Assembly: GCA_965222225.1 (NCBI GenBank)
Contig: CBDCTK010000002.1
Location: 5,120,001-5,184,000 of the forward strand
Direction of reading: 5' to 3'
Length of the DNA stretch: 64,000 nt
Source: Candidatus Poribacteria bacterium
GTDB lineage: Bacteria > Poribacteria > WGA-4E > JAJDTR01
The notes under the pieces were generated by a model, which did not search any database, had not been told where the DNA came from, and saw only the letters and a program-made list of their open reading frames with translations. Position numbers and translations under genes: made by a program. This document shows positions 40,680 to 53,476 of this stretch, piece by piece; positions within the stretch are counted from its first letter, which is position 1, and each line of letters opens with the position of its first letter.

Positions 40680-41765
40680 ATGGCTTCAGCGAAGAAAGTC
40701 GTCGTCGCGATGAGCGGCGGTGTCGACAGCTCAGTGACAGCCGCATTGATGCTTGAGTTAGGCTACGATTTAATCGGCATCACGATGCGGCTCGGAGCTC
40801 CCGATACGCTCGAAGTAGAATCGGGAAAGCCAAATTGTTGTTCGCTTGAAGGCATTGAGGATGCGCGGCGAGTGGCAACCCAGCTTGGGATTCCCTTCTA
40901 TGGCGTGAATTATGAGGAGATATTCCGGGAGCGCATCATTGATTACTTTGTCAATGAGTATCTTGATGGCAGAACACCGAGCCCCTGCATGATTTGCAAT
41001 CGAGAACTGAAATTCGGAAAACTTCTGTCTCTTGTCGATAGTTTGGAGTACGATTTCATTGCAACCGGTCACTATGCTAGAATTGAACAAGATCGAGACA
41101 CTGGACGATATCTTTTACTGAAGGGCGTCAATGCCAACAAAGACCAGTCCTATTTTCTGTCCGCGCTTACACAAGAGCAATTGAGTCGCGCGCTTATGCC
41201 ACTGGGTGGATTCACCAAAGATCAGGTGCGGGCGATGGCTAGGAGGTTCAAGTTGCGTACCGCCGATAAGCTTGAGAGCCAAGAATTGTGCTTTGTGGCG
41301 GACGACAACTATAGACGATTCCTGAAAGAACGGGTGCCCGAAAAGATTCACGAAGGCGATATAGTGGATAAAGATGGCAATGTACTCGGTACACATCAAG
41401 GTATCCCTTTCTATACGGTCGGGCAACGCCGCGGACTTGGAATTGCCGCCAGCAGCCCGCTGTACGTCACCCAAGTAGACGCCCAAAACAACACCATCGT
41501 TGTCGGTACACCCGCCGACTTGCTTCGGCGAACCATGCTGGTAGAGCGAATAAATCTGATTTCTATTCAACAGTTTGACGAGCCGATTCGTGCTCTCGTC
41601 AAAGTGAGATCTAGAGATGAAGGAGCGCTTGCCACCATACGCCCGTTGAGCGAAACCGAGGCGAAAGTCATATTTGATGAACCGCGACGAGCGATAACAC
41701 CGGGCCAAGCGTCGGTATTTTACGACGGAGATCTCGTCATTGGCGGCGGCTGGATTAAATCGTAA
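40680..41765 (+). CDS. mnmA: tRNA U34 2-thiouridylase
   Basis: AMSGGVDS, TPSPCMICN, ATGHY, KDQSYFL, ESQELCF, YTVGQRRG, ITPGQ. Confidence 0.96.
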   Translation: MASAKKVVVAMSGGVDSSVTAALMLELGYDLIGITMRLGAPDTLEVESGKPNCCSLEGIEDARRVATQLGIPFYGVNYEEIFRERIIDYFVNEYLDGRTPSPCMICNRELKFGKLLSLVDSLEYDFIATGHYARIEQDRDTGRYLLLKGVNANKDQSYFLSALTQEQLSRALMPLGGFTKDQVRAMARRFKLRTADKLESQELCFVADDNYRRFLKERVPEKIHEGDIVDKDGNVLGTHQGIPFYTVGQRRGLGIAASSPLYVTQVDAQNNTIVVGTPADLLRRTMLVERINLISIQQFDEPIRALVKVRSRDEGALATIRPLSETEAKVIFDEPRRAITPGQASVFYDGDLVIGGGWIKS

Positions 41766-41773
41766 CCGGTCGG

Positions 41774-41915
41774 GATCAAGCGACTGAATAAGGAGATCAA
41801 GCAAGCGAATAGCGATCAGCTGAGTGGTTAACGAAGGAGCAACTGACCGATAGGGAAGGCGGTAGAGATCCCATAGAAGATCCCGCGCGATAGTCATTCC
41901 TGCGATAGAGATCTC
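41774..41915 (+). repeat. Long concatemer of GAT-initiated modules
   Basis: Three GATCA(A/G) modules followed by several (GC)GATAG...ATCCC-like modules; 45 nt (41832-41876) identical to 47996-48040. Confidence 0.8.
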
Positions 41916-42044
41916 TTCTAGCCCGACCTGTGCGGCATAGTATGTCTTGATAGATTAAGGCGCTTCCCGCACATTTCGGACGGCTAACGCCGTATTTCTC
42001 TATAAACGCTTTCTCAAAGTATCCGGTAACAGGTGGCTGATTGT

Positions 42045-43236
42045 ATGGCAGTGTCACTTCGGGAGTATCGCGAAGAAGACCGCTAGCAGTATGAAATGAT
42101 TTGGACATCGGCTTTCCACGCTGGTGAAGCCTATCCTTCGGAAAGACCGGTTCCGGGATCAAGCGAGACCGTTTATGTGGCAGAACAAAATGGTCGGGTT
42201 GCCGGTACCTTCACGATTCGTCCTTCGGAAGTTACGTGTAGAAATGCAGCCCTGACATGTGGTGGCATTGCTTCGGTTGCTGTTTCCGCCGACTCGCGTA
42301 AGCACGGCGTGGGAAGAGTCATGATGACCTCGCTGGCTGAAATCAGGCGTGAAGACGGGCTGATTGTCGGGAATCTACGTGCCTCCCACGAAAGTTTCTA
42401 TCGCAGATTCGGCTGGGAAAGTTGCGGGCGTGAAGTCCGGATCACCTGCCCCGTCAGACTGGTGCCGCAGTTCGAATGTACGTTGCCGGTGCGTCAAATG
42501 CGCCTGACGGACTTCAAATTTGTGAACAAGGACAACGAATTGCTGCTTCAGGAAGAGTGGGCGCCGTTAAAAACCGCCTACGATAGATTTGCGCGTGCTT
42601 ATTCCGGGATGCTTATTCGTGAAAGTATGAGATGCGGCGACTTCGCATGACCAGCGGTAGTCTGCCCTATGTCTTCGTTGCGGGCGATCCGGTGAAGCCT
42701 ACGCTGTCCTGCGAATCTCCTCAACGAGAGATCAGGATGTCATAGAATTTGTTTGGTCCACTCTGGGAGGGTATCAATCCTTACTCGTAACCTTGGCTGG
42801 GGTTGCCATCAATCACGCCACGCTCAGTTGGACAGAGCCTTCAAATGGTCCATTTTTATCTACGTGGTTTACTCAGGGCATTGAGGCGCAGTTGCGCAAG
42901 CCGTCAATGTTTCAAGTATTGGATGCCCCACGTTCACTGTCTCTGCTCAAGCCGACAGGTTCGGGAAGTTTCGCACTTGAGGTTGAGGACGAGATCCTAC
43001 CAGCCAATCGTGGGCCATGGCGAGTGTCCTACACGCCGGAAGGCGTTGAAGTGGAGCCGAGCGACACCGCAGACGTGCAAATGACGATTCAACACTATGC
43101 ACAGGTCTTAATGGGTGAGCCGAGTTTTTCGGATCTGTTGTCTTACGGACTTGTATCGTGCAGTAGTGACCGAGCGGCACAAGCAGTTAATGGATTATTG
43201 GATCCACAAGTGACATACAGCCTTGAGATTTTCTAA
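42045..43236 (+). pseudogene. Eis-like GNAT acetyltransferase with an SCP2-like C-terminus, disrupted
   Basis: ATG 42045 with AGGTGG RBS; in-frame TAG at 42084-42086; GGIASVAV...RKHGVG, FYRRFGWE; frame break at ~42630-42700; C-terminal EDEILPANRGPW. Confidence 0.8.
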
Positions 43237-43323
43237 TTTCCATTTGTAGCAGTCATGCAGCCGCGGTGGGGCTTCCGTGTGAAACCCACCGAGCTCTTAG
43301 GTTCTTAATAATCTCTCAAATTT

Positions 43324-45364
<2,041 letters not shown>

Positions 45365-45688
45365 GAATATGTCCGATGGAGAAAAGCAACGAAGGAAGAC
45401 GGTCAGGACTTGCGCAGTTCGGTTTGTAGTAGCGATGGTCGATCGCCAAATCAAAGGTGGATTTCCACAAGTGCTGGTGCCTGTAGGAGCGATCTTCAAT
45501 CATCAAATCGTTGATTTTCCCTCTACTCTCTTCATTCCATGTCCTGCCTAGAACGGGGTAGAGAACGCCTCTGCAATCAAAAGATTTGATACAACCCCCC
45601 CCGGCGACTGATAAGATTTGTCTTGATCCGCGTTCAATAATCTGATAGACTTAAAGACACCCTGATTCAAGGAAAGCAAAGACACACT

Positions 45689-46306
45689 TTGGCTCGCATC
45701 AAGATCTGCGGAATCACCCATCTGACGGACGCATTAACGGCAGTCGAAGCCGGCGCTGATGCACTCGGTTTCGTGTTTGTGCCGGACACTCCCCGATTTG
45801 TCAAGCCCGATCAAGTTGCTGCAATTATTGCCCAATTACCTCCCTTTATTACAACCGTTGGGATATTCGTGAGCAAAGACTCTGAAAAAATAAGGACGAT
45901 TGTCGAGCGATGTCGACTGGATGCCATTCAGTTACACGCTGATGTAACGCCCGAATTCTGCCGCAACTTGGATAGTAGAGTCATCAAAGCTGTCCGCGTG
46001 AAAGACGAGTCCAGCTTGTCAATCCTCTCGGATTACGATGTTAATGCCTTCCTGTTGGATGCCTACGTCGAAGGGAAGATGGGAGGAACGGGACACGTTT
46101 TCGACTGGGATCTCGCGCTGCAAGCTAAAAATTATGGTCGAATCATAATCGCGGGAGGCCTCAATCCGGACAATGCGGCACAAGCCGTGCGCCACGTCAT
46201 GCCCTACGGCGTCGATGTCAGTAGTGGTGTTGAATCGCAGCCAGGGCGCAAGGATCCGAATAAAATCAGAAAATTCATTGACGCAGTGAGAGCCGTCGAG
46301 GCTTGA
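45689..46306 (+). CDS. trpF: Phosphoribosylanthranilate isomerase
   Basis: IKICGIT, IQLH, GGTGHVFDW, AGGL, DVSSGVE. Confidence 0.95.
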   Translation: MARIKICGITHLTDALTAVEAGADALGFVFVPDTPRFVKPDQVAAIIAQLPPFITTVGIFVSKDSEKIRTIVERCRLDAIQLHADVTPEFCRNLDSRVIKAVRVKDESSLSILSDYDVNAFLLDAYVEGKMGGTGHVFDWDLALQAKNYGRIIIAGGLNPDNAAQAVRHVMPYGVDVSSGVESQPGRKDPNKIRKFIDAVRAVEA

Positions 46307-46315
46307 AACGCTAAA

Positions 46316-46816
46316 ATGGGAACGCTTGAACTGATTTACAAACGCCTACCGAACCGCGTGAACCGTTTTCAGCAGGAACTGCTTTATGAGGATGCCTCTG
46401 TAATCGTAACGACCCAGAGGCTCAAGCCTTCCAATCCCATTGCTATTGATGGGGTAACCGTTCTTGATAACGATTTCACGGCGGTGTGGTTTGTCTTCGC
46501 TAATCTATGGCACGATGTCGGAAAGATTTATAACCTTGAGGATGTTTTCACGGGATACTATTGCGACATCATTACGCCGATGCATCGGGCTAAGAATCAC
46601 TTTGAAATCACCGACCTATTCCTGGATCTGTGGGTAATGCCCGCTGGCAGTTATCAGATTCAGGACAGTGACGAATTTGAAGAGGCTATCGCCAACGGCT
46701 GGATTCAGCCTGATTTGGCGGACAAGGCAAGAAAGGCGCTTCAAAATCTGATTGCTGAGGTTGAATCGGGCGTTTTCCCGCCGAAAATCGTGGCGGACTG
46801 GGAACTCATGAAATAA
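46316..46816 (+). CDS. DUF402-domain protein
   Basis: GYYCDIITP, DLFLDLWV, DSDEFEEA. Confidence 0.85.
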   Translation: MGTLELIYKRLPNRVNRFQQELLYEDASVIVTTQRLKPSNPIAIDGVTVLDNDFTAVWFVFANLWHDVGKIYNLEDVFTGYYCDIITPMHRAKNHFEITDLFLDLWVMPAGSYQIQDSDEFEEAIANGWIQPDLADKARKALQNLIAEVESGVFPPKIVADWELMK

Positions 46817-46867
46817 TTACTGTCGGTTCTTGAACCGTTCAATCATAATATCTATAGAGGACTCAAC

Positions 46868-47864
46868 ATGGTTATGACATTCCAAGGAGAGGTTCGTGAC
46901 GATCTCAGGCTGTTTGCCGGGAGCGCCAACCCGGAGCTAGCTAAGGAAATTGCCATGACGCTGGGCGTTGAATTAGGCAAGATTTCGATCTCGCCGTTTC
47001 CCAATAGCGAGACCCGTGTTCAGATTGAGGAGAGCATTCGCGGGACGGATGTTTATATTATCCAACCGACGTGCCAACCCTCCAATGATCACTTAATGGA
47101 ACTGCTCCTTACCATTGATGCCATGAAGCGCGCCTCGGTGCGGCAGATCACGGCGGTGATACCGTATTTTGGCTACGGTCGCCAAGACAAGAAATCCACG
47201 GGCCGTGAACCCATTAGCGCCAAGCTGGTTGCTGATCTCCTTAACCGTGGCGGGCGCTAATCGTATTGTTGCTGTTGACCTGCACGCCGCTCAGATTCAG
47301 GGCTTCTTCGACATTCCCGCAGATCATCTTACGGCCTTAACGACTTTGGCGGATCATTTCAAGCAAAAACAAATTGATAACGGTGTCATTGTCGCGCCCG
47401 ATGCCGGACGGGTGAAATTGGCGGAAAAATACTCAAATATTCTGGGATTCCCGTTGGCGCTGATGCACAAACGCCGCACGGGTGTCGGTGGGCGAGAGGT
47501 TGAGGCGGCGGGTATTGTCGGCGATGTTGCAGGCAAAAATCCTATTATCGTTGACGACGAAATTGCTACCGGCGGCACCGTACTTGAACAGGTCGCGGCA
47601 TTAGAGATGGCGGGATCGAAACCGGCTTACATTAGCGTGACACACCCTGTACTCGCCGGAGCTGCCCCGGAGCGCCTGCGGCACCCTGCGATTCGAGAGG
47701 TTGTTGTGACTAACACAATCCCGGTTCCCGCTGAAAAACAAGCAAACGGAAAAATTGAGGTTCTTTCCATCGCTCCCCTCCTGGCAGAAGCCATTCTAAG
47801 AATTCATCAGCACCGGTCCGTTAGCCAAGTCTTCTCTGCTCAACAGTTGGTCTTTCCCGTCTAG
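46868..47864 (+). pseudogene. prs: Ribose-phosphate pyrophosphokinase split by a single +1 frameshift (pseudogene or assembly error)
   Basis: N-half PYFGYGRQDKK...REPISAKLVADL; C-half DLHAAQIQGFF, APDAG, VDDEIATGGT; one extra base at GATCTCCTTAACC (~47234-47246). Confidence 0.85.
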
Positions 47865-47977
47865 ATCTTCACGGGAATCTGTGCATGACCTGTGGGTTGC
47901 ATTGAACGATCGAAACCCCGAATAGTTTGTAGGGTGCGATCGACGATCATCAAATCATCGATTTCCCCTCTTACTGC

Positions 47978-48077
47978 GATCAACTGAGCGGATAGCGAAG
48001 GAGCAACTGACCGATAGGGAAGGCGGTAGAGATCCCATAGTGAGTGCGATAGCAAATCTCGTGCGATAGAGATTCCT
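47978..48077 (+). repeat. Concatemer of GAT-initiated modules
   Basis: Shares an exact 45-nt block with 41832-41876; its flank and 3' part resemble 63281-63346. Confidence 0.8.
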
Positions 48078-48166
48078 CTGCAATCATCAAGTCGCGGGGA
48101 AATCGCCAAGGTGTATGGCAGGCGACAACAAAACCTGAAAAGCCCTGGAAAAACAACTCCGGGAGT

Positions 48167-50692
48167 TCATTCTAGAGAAATCACGATGGGTTCAATACCC
48201 TGTGATTCCCTTAGTTGCTCCGCGAATTCCACGGCTTCATGCCGTTCTTTGAAACGTCCGACCGTCACTCGGTACCACGGTTGGGATTTGATTACCACCC
48301 GAGAGGATTGAATATCATCTGCGATATCTAACGTCTTCAGGTTCTCAACGAGCAGTTCTGCACTCTCACGGGATTTGAATGAACTGACCATTAATGTCCA
48401 CTTCCCCCGCATATTTTCCTTTAACCGAGCCGACGAACGAAAATCGAGTTCAGATATCTCACTAGATGTCTCTTTCACGCGGTTAGAGATTTCGGAAATC
48501 ATATCTGCGTCTAGACCAAGGGAACCTGATATGGATAACACGACCTCTACGCGCCGGTTTTTGTGGCGAATGGATTCCACATCGTTATCCACGATTGGCT
48601 TTTCCTCACCATAACCTTTTGTCTTCAACCGTGCCCAGGAAATGCCAAATTCACGAACAAGATAGTCCTTCACTGCATCCGCACGCTGATGCGATAGTTC
48701 GAGATTGTAGTCGGCATCGCCAATACTATCCGTATGCCCTTCTATGCTTACCTGCGCCTTTGGATACGTGAGAATCACCTTCGCAAATTTTTCTAGAACC
48801 GCCCGATAGCCATCGCTGATTTCATAAGACCCCGTATCAAAAGCGATGCCCGGAAGTGTCAATACAACCTCGCTATCTTCTGGTTTCTGTTCTGTTGCCT
48901 CATGCTGAGGCGGTAACACGTCCTCGGAGGTAACCTCCTCTTGGGGCGTGGCATCCTCATCGACTAGCAGTTTCTTTGAGGTTAAATCGATTAGCTGAAG
49001 AGGAGCGGTTTCCGAATTACGATTGCCGGCGATGTCATGTATTGTCATCTCTAAATGGTAGTCCGCTTCCGAGTCCGCGAGCAGTTGAGAACGCTCCCAG
49101 TTGTTCCAGACAATCGTGTTCGACGGTGGGCTGTCTCCCGCGAGTGTATCTATGACATCTCCTCCGCTCTTTACAATCTTCAGTTCCCATTGCACAATCT
49201 GATTCAAATCTGGCGTCTGTATATGTACTGTTGGTGTGTTGGCTGTCCGCGAATCGCTTGAACTCGCCTTGGTATCCGCGTCCGATGACGGCTCAATCAA
49301 AAGCGGTTCCGCCTGGATTTCGAAATCTGTCGGAGTAGTATCTACCTCAACGGTCACTTCGCGCTGTAAATACTGATAATTCCGCAAATCGAGCACCGTG
49401 AATTGAGCGGTGTATGTGCCGTCGTTTACTAGATTACCGGCATCGTCCTGTCCGTTCCACATGAGTACCTCTTTACGTAATCCGGTTCCGGAATAGCGCC
49501 TCAAGGTCTCACCGTGCTCATCGTGGATTTCCAACGTCCATTTCGCATTAACGGGAATGGTTAAGCTAAATGACGCAATATCCTTAATGTCGTCGCCATT
49601 TGGCGAAATTACCCGCTCGGAAACCCGGAAGTCCGTTTCATTTTCACGCAGTGTAACTACCGGATCGATAGTTTTTGGATGTTGTGGAGGAGGGGTGGGC
49701 ATTATGATTGGGGCAGGGAGTTCTGGAGGATTGGTCGGAGCCACAGTCGGAATGCCGTTCCAACGAAAAGTTGCGGCAATCCAATGCGATCCCTCATCAA
49801 ATTCGCCGCCGTTGAGGTATGCGTAATCAAATCTCCCTGTGTCACTGCGCAAGCTGAATCCACTTGACCATTCTCCCTCGGTGAAATTTTCATGGTTTGT
49901 AATTGCAGTATAGCCAAAGCGAATGCCGAATCGTCGGTTGAATATCCACTTTTCTACCCCTAAATGCAGGCGAAATCGGTCTTTCCATGTGAGTTGGTCG
50001 TCATTGTGCAGCGTGAAATCGCTCGATAAAATCGTACCCCAGTCAAGATGATACGCTGTACCGAAACGAGCCACAAGCGGCAAATCTTGAATGAGTTGTC
50101 CATCTCTATACAGTCGGCCGTCAAAATCTTCAAAACTCAATCCGAAAGCGACTCGATCGCCCAAGCGCGTCAACTTCCGCGAAACCTGAATCCCGATGTC
50201 ATAAGACCATCCAAGATGTGTGTTGGCACCTCGACTCCGACGATGATGGCGGATATTGGCGCCTGCGGCAACCGATTTTCCAAATGAGTATCCGTAGCCT
50301 AGGAGCATGATTCGATTTTGTTCCCGATCTTCGCCCCAGCCATCAAACCAAGAGCCAAACGAGATATTCCCGATTTTTCTGGTAGAAATTCCGAGGTTTT
50401 CCGGATTTAAGCCAATTGAGAACGCCCCTTCTCGGTTTGTCAAGTTTTCGGCAAAGGGTAACCCGACCAAGGAAACTTCCATTCCGCTCAAAAACCCGAG
50501 TGATGATGAATTCCAATAGAAGCTGTCGCTCCCGGCTGGTCCCGCGGTGAAGGCACTCCCCATCCCGAGCGCTCTCGCACTTGCTCCGACGAGGATGTCC
50601 CTGTCGCTGATGTCTGATTTTATCTCGGTTGTTGAAGAAATGACCAATATCAGTGTAAGAGTTGCTGTTACGGCAAAAGTATTTAATTTCAT
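48167..50692 (-). CDS. Outer-membrane fusion protein: PorV/PorQ/FadL-like barrel, Pro-rich linker, FlgD-Ig-like domains, OmpA domain, SPOR domain
   Basis: GASARALGMGSAFTA...FYWN; ISPNGD...WNGQDDAGNLVNDGTY; IEGHTDSIG...NRRVE; VSSFKSRESAE...WYRVTVGRF. Confidence 0.82.
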   Translation of the reverse strand: MKLNTFAVTATLTLILVISSTTEIKSDISDRDILVGASARALGMGSAFTAGPAGSDSFYWNSSSLGFLSGMEVSLVGLPFAENLTNREGAFSIGLNPENLGISTRKIGNISFGSWFDGWGEDREQNRIMLLGYGYSFGKSVAAGANIRHHRRSRGANTHLGWSYDIGIQVSRKLTRLGDRVAFGLSFEDFDGRLYRDGQLIQDLPLVARFGTAYHLDWGTILSSDFTLHNDDQLTWKDRFRLHLGVEKWIFNRRFGIRFGYTAITNHENFTEGEWSSGFSLRSDTGRFDYAYLNGGEFDEGSHWIAATFRWNGIPTVAPTNPPELPAPIIMPTPPPQHPKTIDPVVTLRENETDFRVSERVISPNGDDIKDIASFSLTIPVNAKWTLEIHDEHGETLRRYSGTGLRKEVLMWNGQDDAGNLVNDGTYTAQFTVLDLRNYQYLQREVTVEVDTTPTDFEIQAEPLLIEPSSDADTKASSSDSRTANTPTVHIQTPDLNQIVQWELKIVKSGGDVIDTLAGDSPPSNTIVWNNWERSQLLADSEADYHLEMTIHDIAGNRNSETAPLQLIDLTSKKLLVDEDATPQEEVTSEDVLPPQHEATEQKPEDSEVVLTLPGIAFDTGSYEISDGYRAVLEKFAKVILTYPKAQVSIEGHTDSIGDADYNLELSHQRADAVKDYLVREFGISWARLKTKGYGEEKPIVDNDVESIRHKNRRVEVVLSISGSLGLDADMISEISNRVKETSSEISELDFRSSARLKENMRGKWTLMVSSFKSRESAELLVENLKTLDIADDIQSSRVVIKSQPWYRVTVGRFKERHEAVEFAEQLRESQGIEPIVISLE

Positions 50693-51423
50693 AATCCCGT
50701 GCCTGTTTCAAAGATTCTAAGCAACTTTTAAGAATAAACTTCCACTTCGATTTAGATCTGACCCGCTCCTGCCGGAGTGACAAATCCAGCAGATCTTTTT
50801 CTAGCTATTCAGCTTCAATTCTCTCGCTACGGAAGAGCGGTATGTCTGTAGAACACTGATAGCTTCAATACTCTGCTCCAGAGGAGCAGCATGTTTGTGA
50901 AACGGGCACAGCCTCGATTCTTCCCCAGTCGCTGCGGAAGATTAACTTTTCTATTGAAATTTGCTTATATATGAATACTGTGGATTTCTTATTTTTCTCA
51001 TTAATAAACGTCTACCTGATGTTGATGGATACAGCAAACCCTGAAATACCGCGCCCATGGAGTAGATAAGATACGTCAATGGCGTAATGTGTGTTTTTGG
51101 AGGATATGCTGTGAATCCCATGCGGAAAAGTTGGTGTTCAGCGTATAATCGCAATGGAAAACAGTAGTGGTTTCAGTTATAATATCTGCAGTGAAGTCCA
51201 CCTGCCTTCCGGTTCAGGCATCTTGAATTACAGGCATAGATGTTTACTAACCGCAAAGCTATGGACTAAGACACCGTTAGCAGAATCGAACATAGTGCGA
51301 TTGGAGAGATCGAGGTGAAACATTGTCGTCGGAGATCAACTAAGTTGTGGAAGGACGACAAAACTGCGCTTTGAATAGGGCAGGATAGCATATACCAATA
51401 GAACGAAATCCGAGGAGAATACT

Positions 51424-52404
51424 ATGGTGCGTATTGGTGTCATCGGTACAGGCGGCATGGGCAGCGCGCACTGCAATTCGCTGCCAAACGTTGAAAACTG
51501 TGAGTTCGTCGGCGTGGCGGACATACGGCTTGAAGCCGCGCAAGCCATCGCCGAACAGCATCATGTACGCGCGTTTCAAGATTTCCACGAACTATTGGAG
51601 ATTGCCGACGCTGTCATTGTTGCCACGCCGCCCATGATGCATCGGGAGGTTGTCGTTGCAGCGGCGGAAGCGGGCGTTCACGCCTTCTCCGAGAAACCGC
51701 TCTCCATCACCCTTGCGGACGCCGACGCCATGATTGACGCGGCAAACAGAGCTGAAACGCATCTTATGGTAGGGCAAGTGCTTCGCTTTTATCCGGTGCA
51801 TCGTCTCGGCAAACAGTTGGTCGATGGCGGCGAAATCGGCGACGTGGTGTACATCGAAACGGATTATAGCGGTGCCTTCAATGCGGCGCGGGAGCGCCCA
51901 TCAACATGGTACGGTACCGTAGGCGGGCTTCTCGAAAACGGAATACACAAGTCCGATCTCATCAACTGGTTTGGTGGCACTGCCTTGACAGTTGCGGCGG
52001 AAGTGGACAGTTTCTCCGGGAACGAAGATTGGGAAGACTACACAGTCTCGCTAATCCGCTACGACACCAAAGCCGTGGGCATACTGCGTTGGGGCGGCTT
52101 TATGGGTGCCCGCGGTACAACCGACACCATTATTGACGGATCGAAGGGCTCCCTACGGCTCGATATGGGAGCGGACATTGCCTACCTAAAGAAGATAGGC
52201 GAATCCGACTGGACTCCTCTCACTCCTGATCGGGGAGCGCCGCACGGCGTGGTCGGAGAATTAACCCATTTCGTCGATTGCATTCGGGACGGTAAGACGC
52301 CGTTGGTTGATGGCGTAGCCGGACGCCGCGCCGTTGAAATTGCGTTGGCAACCTACCGATCAGCAAAGGAACAGAGCAAAGTCACCTTGCCAATCCACGA
52401 TTGA
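51424..52404 (+). CDS. Gfo/Idh/MocA oxidoreductase
   Basis: IGTGGMG, ATPP, SEKP, GGLLENGIHKSD. Confidence 0.92.
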   Translation: MVRIGVIGTGGMGSAHCNSLPNVENCEFVGVADIRLEAAQAIAEQHHVRAFQDFHELLEIADAVIVATPPMMHREVVVAAAEAGVHAFSEKPLSITLADADAMIDAANRAETHLMVGQVLRFYPVHRLGKQLVDGGEIGDVVYIETDYSGAFNAARERPSTWYGTVGGLLENGIHKSDLINWFGGTALTVAAEVDSFSGNEDWEDYTVSLIRYDTKAVGILRWGGFMGARGTTDTIIDGSKGSLRLDMGADIAYLKKIGESDWTPLTPDRGAPHGVVGELTHFVDCIRDGKTPLVDGVAGRRAVEIALATYRSAKEQSKVTLPIHD

Positions 52405-52618
52405 TGAGAATCGTACTTACCCATATTGGATTCTGAAGAGTGAGGATTCAACGTATTGTGATATTTACCAGATGTCTATCGTAGCGACCATGGGTTGGGG
52501 ACGCCGTCGTTCATGCTGCGTGAGTTCACCACGGCAGCCTAAAGAATCTGTAATAATTTCAACTGAAATCGGTGCTCTTCCACCATCATCTCTACGGCTA
52601 CTCTAAGGAGACTCTTGT

Positions 52619-53434
52619 ATGAACCAAACGTCAGGAAACGGAAACTATCTCGCCAATCAAAGCGTCAGCGAGGAACAGATTCAAGCGTGGGTCGATCGAT
52701 TTCACCGTGATGGCTTTTTGTTCCTGCAAAATGTCTTGCCGCCAGATTGGTGTGCCCTGATGCGCGAAGACCTTGATAAGGCGCTTAGGGAAAACCTAAA
52801 CGGTCTCAACAATGTCAACGATCGTATTGCGCTGGCACACCGCATGTTTGAAACCAGCGAGGCGAATCTCAGGCTGTTTGATCTGGAACCGGTTGCCGGT
52901 TTCGCTGAGGCGCTCGTCGCGCCAAACTGCCACGTCATCCACAACAACTCCTTCCAAAGCCCGCCGGGCGGTGGCATTACGGGTTGGCACCAAGATGATG
53001 CCCCGCACATTACTGTCACGGATGGGAAGCCTCTCGAAAACATCCGCCTTTCGGTACTGTTCTTCACGGCGAACTACTACTTGACCGATGTCACCGAAGT
53101 CAAATATGGCCCCACCGAGGTAATTCCCGGTTCTCATCTATTTGGCGCCAGTCCACCGTCCGAACTCGAAGGCACGGAGTGGGAGGACAGTATCCATTGC
53201 AACTTGGGAAAAGCTGGGAGCGTCATCATGTTCAATAATCAGCTGTGGCATCATGGAGGGGTTAATCAGAGTGAGAGAACGCGCTATATCACACAAATTA
53301 CCTATGGTCGCCGGATAATTGGCCACAAATATTACCCATTCATGAATTACAACATGCCTGAGCACATCTACAAGGACACTAATCCGAGATTAAGGCGGCT
53401 CCTCGGTTTCCTTGATCACGGGAATTATGGATAA
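52619..53434 (+). CDS. Phytanoyl-CoA dioxygenase (PhyH) family 2OG-Fe(II) oxygenase
   Basis: RDGF, WHQD, GPTEVIPGSH, LWHHG. Confidence 0.9.
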   Translation: MNQTSGNGNYLANQSVSEEQIQAWVDRFHRDGFLFLQNVLPPDWCALMREDLDKALRENLNGLNNVNDRIALAHRMFETSEANLRLFDLEPVAGFAEALVAPNCHVIHNNSFQSPPGGGITGWHQDDAPHITVTDGKPLENIRLSVLFFTANYYLTDVTEVKYGPTEVIPGSHLFGASPPSELEGTEWEDSIHCNLGKAGSVIMFNNQLWHHGGVNQSERTRYITQITYGRRIIGHKYYPFMNYNMPEHIYKDTNPRLRRLLGFLDHGNYG

Positions 53435-53476
53435 GTCAATATCCCTATCCGAGCATATTTCAGCCGGGAGGTGAAT

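Noticed and set aside
41797-42162. Minus-strand ORFs 41797-42162, 41115-41897 and 47861-48109, the last two sharing LWDLYRLPYRSVAPSL
   Set aside because: The shared peptide is just the translated 45-nt repeat; the ORFs overlap repeats or lie antisense to mnmA or the GNAT gene.
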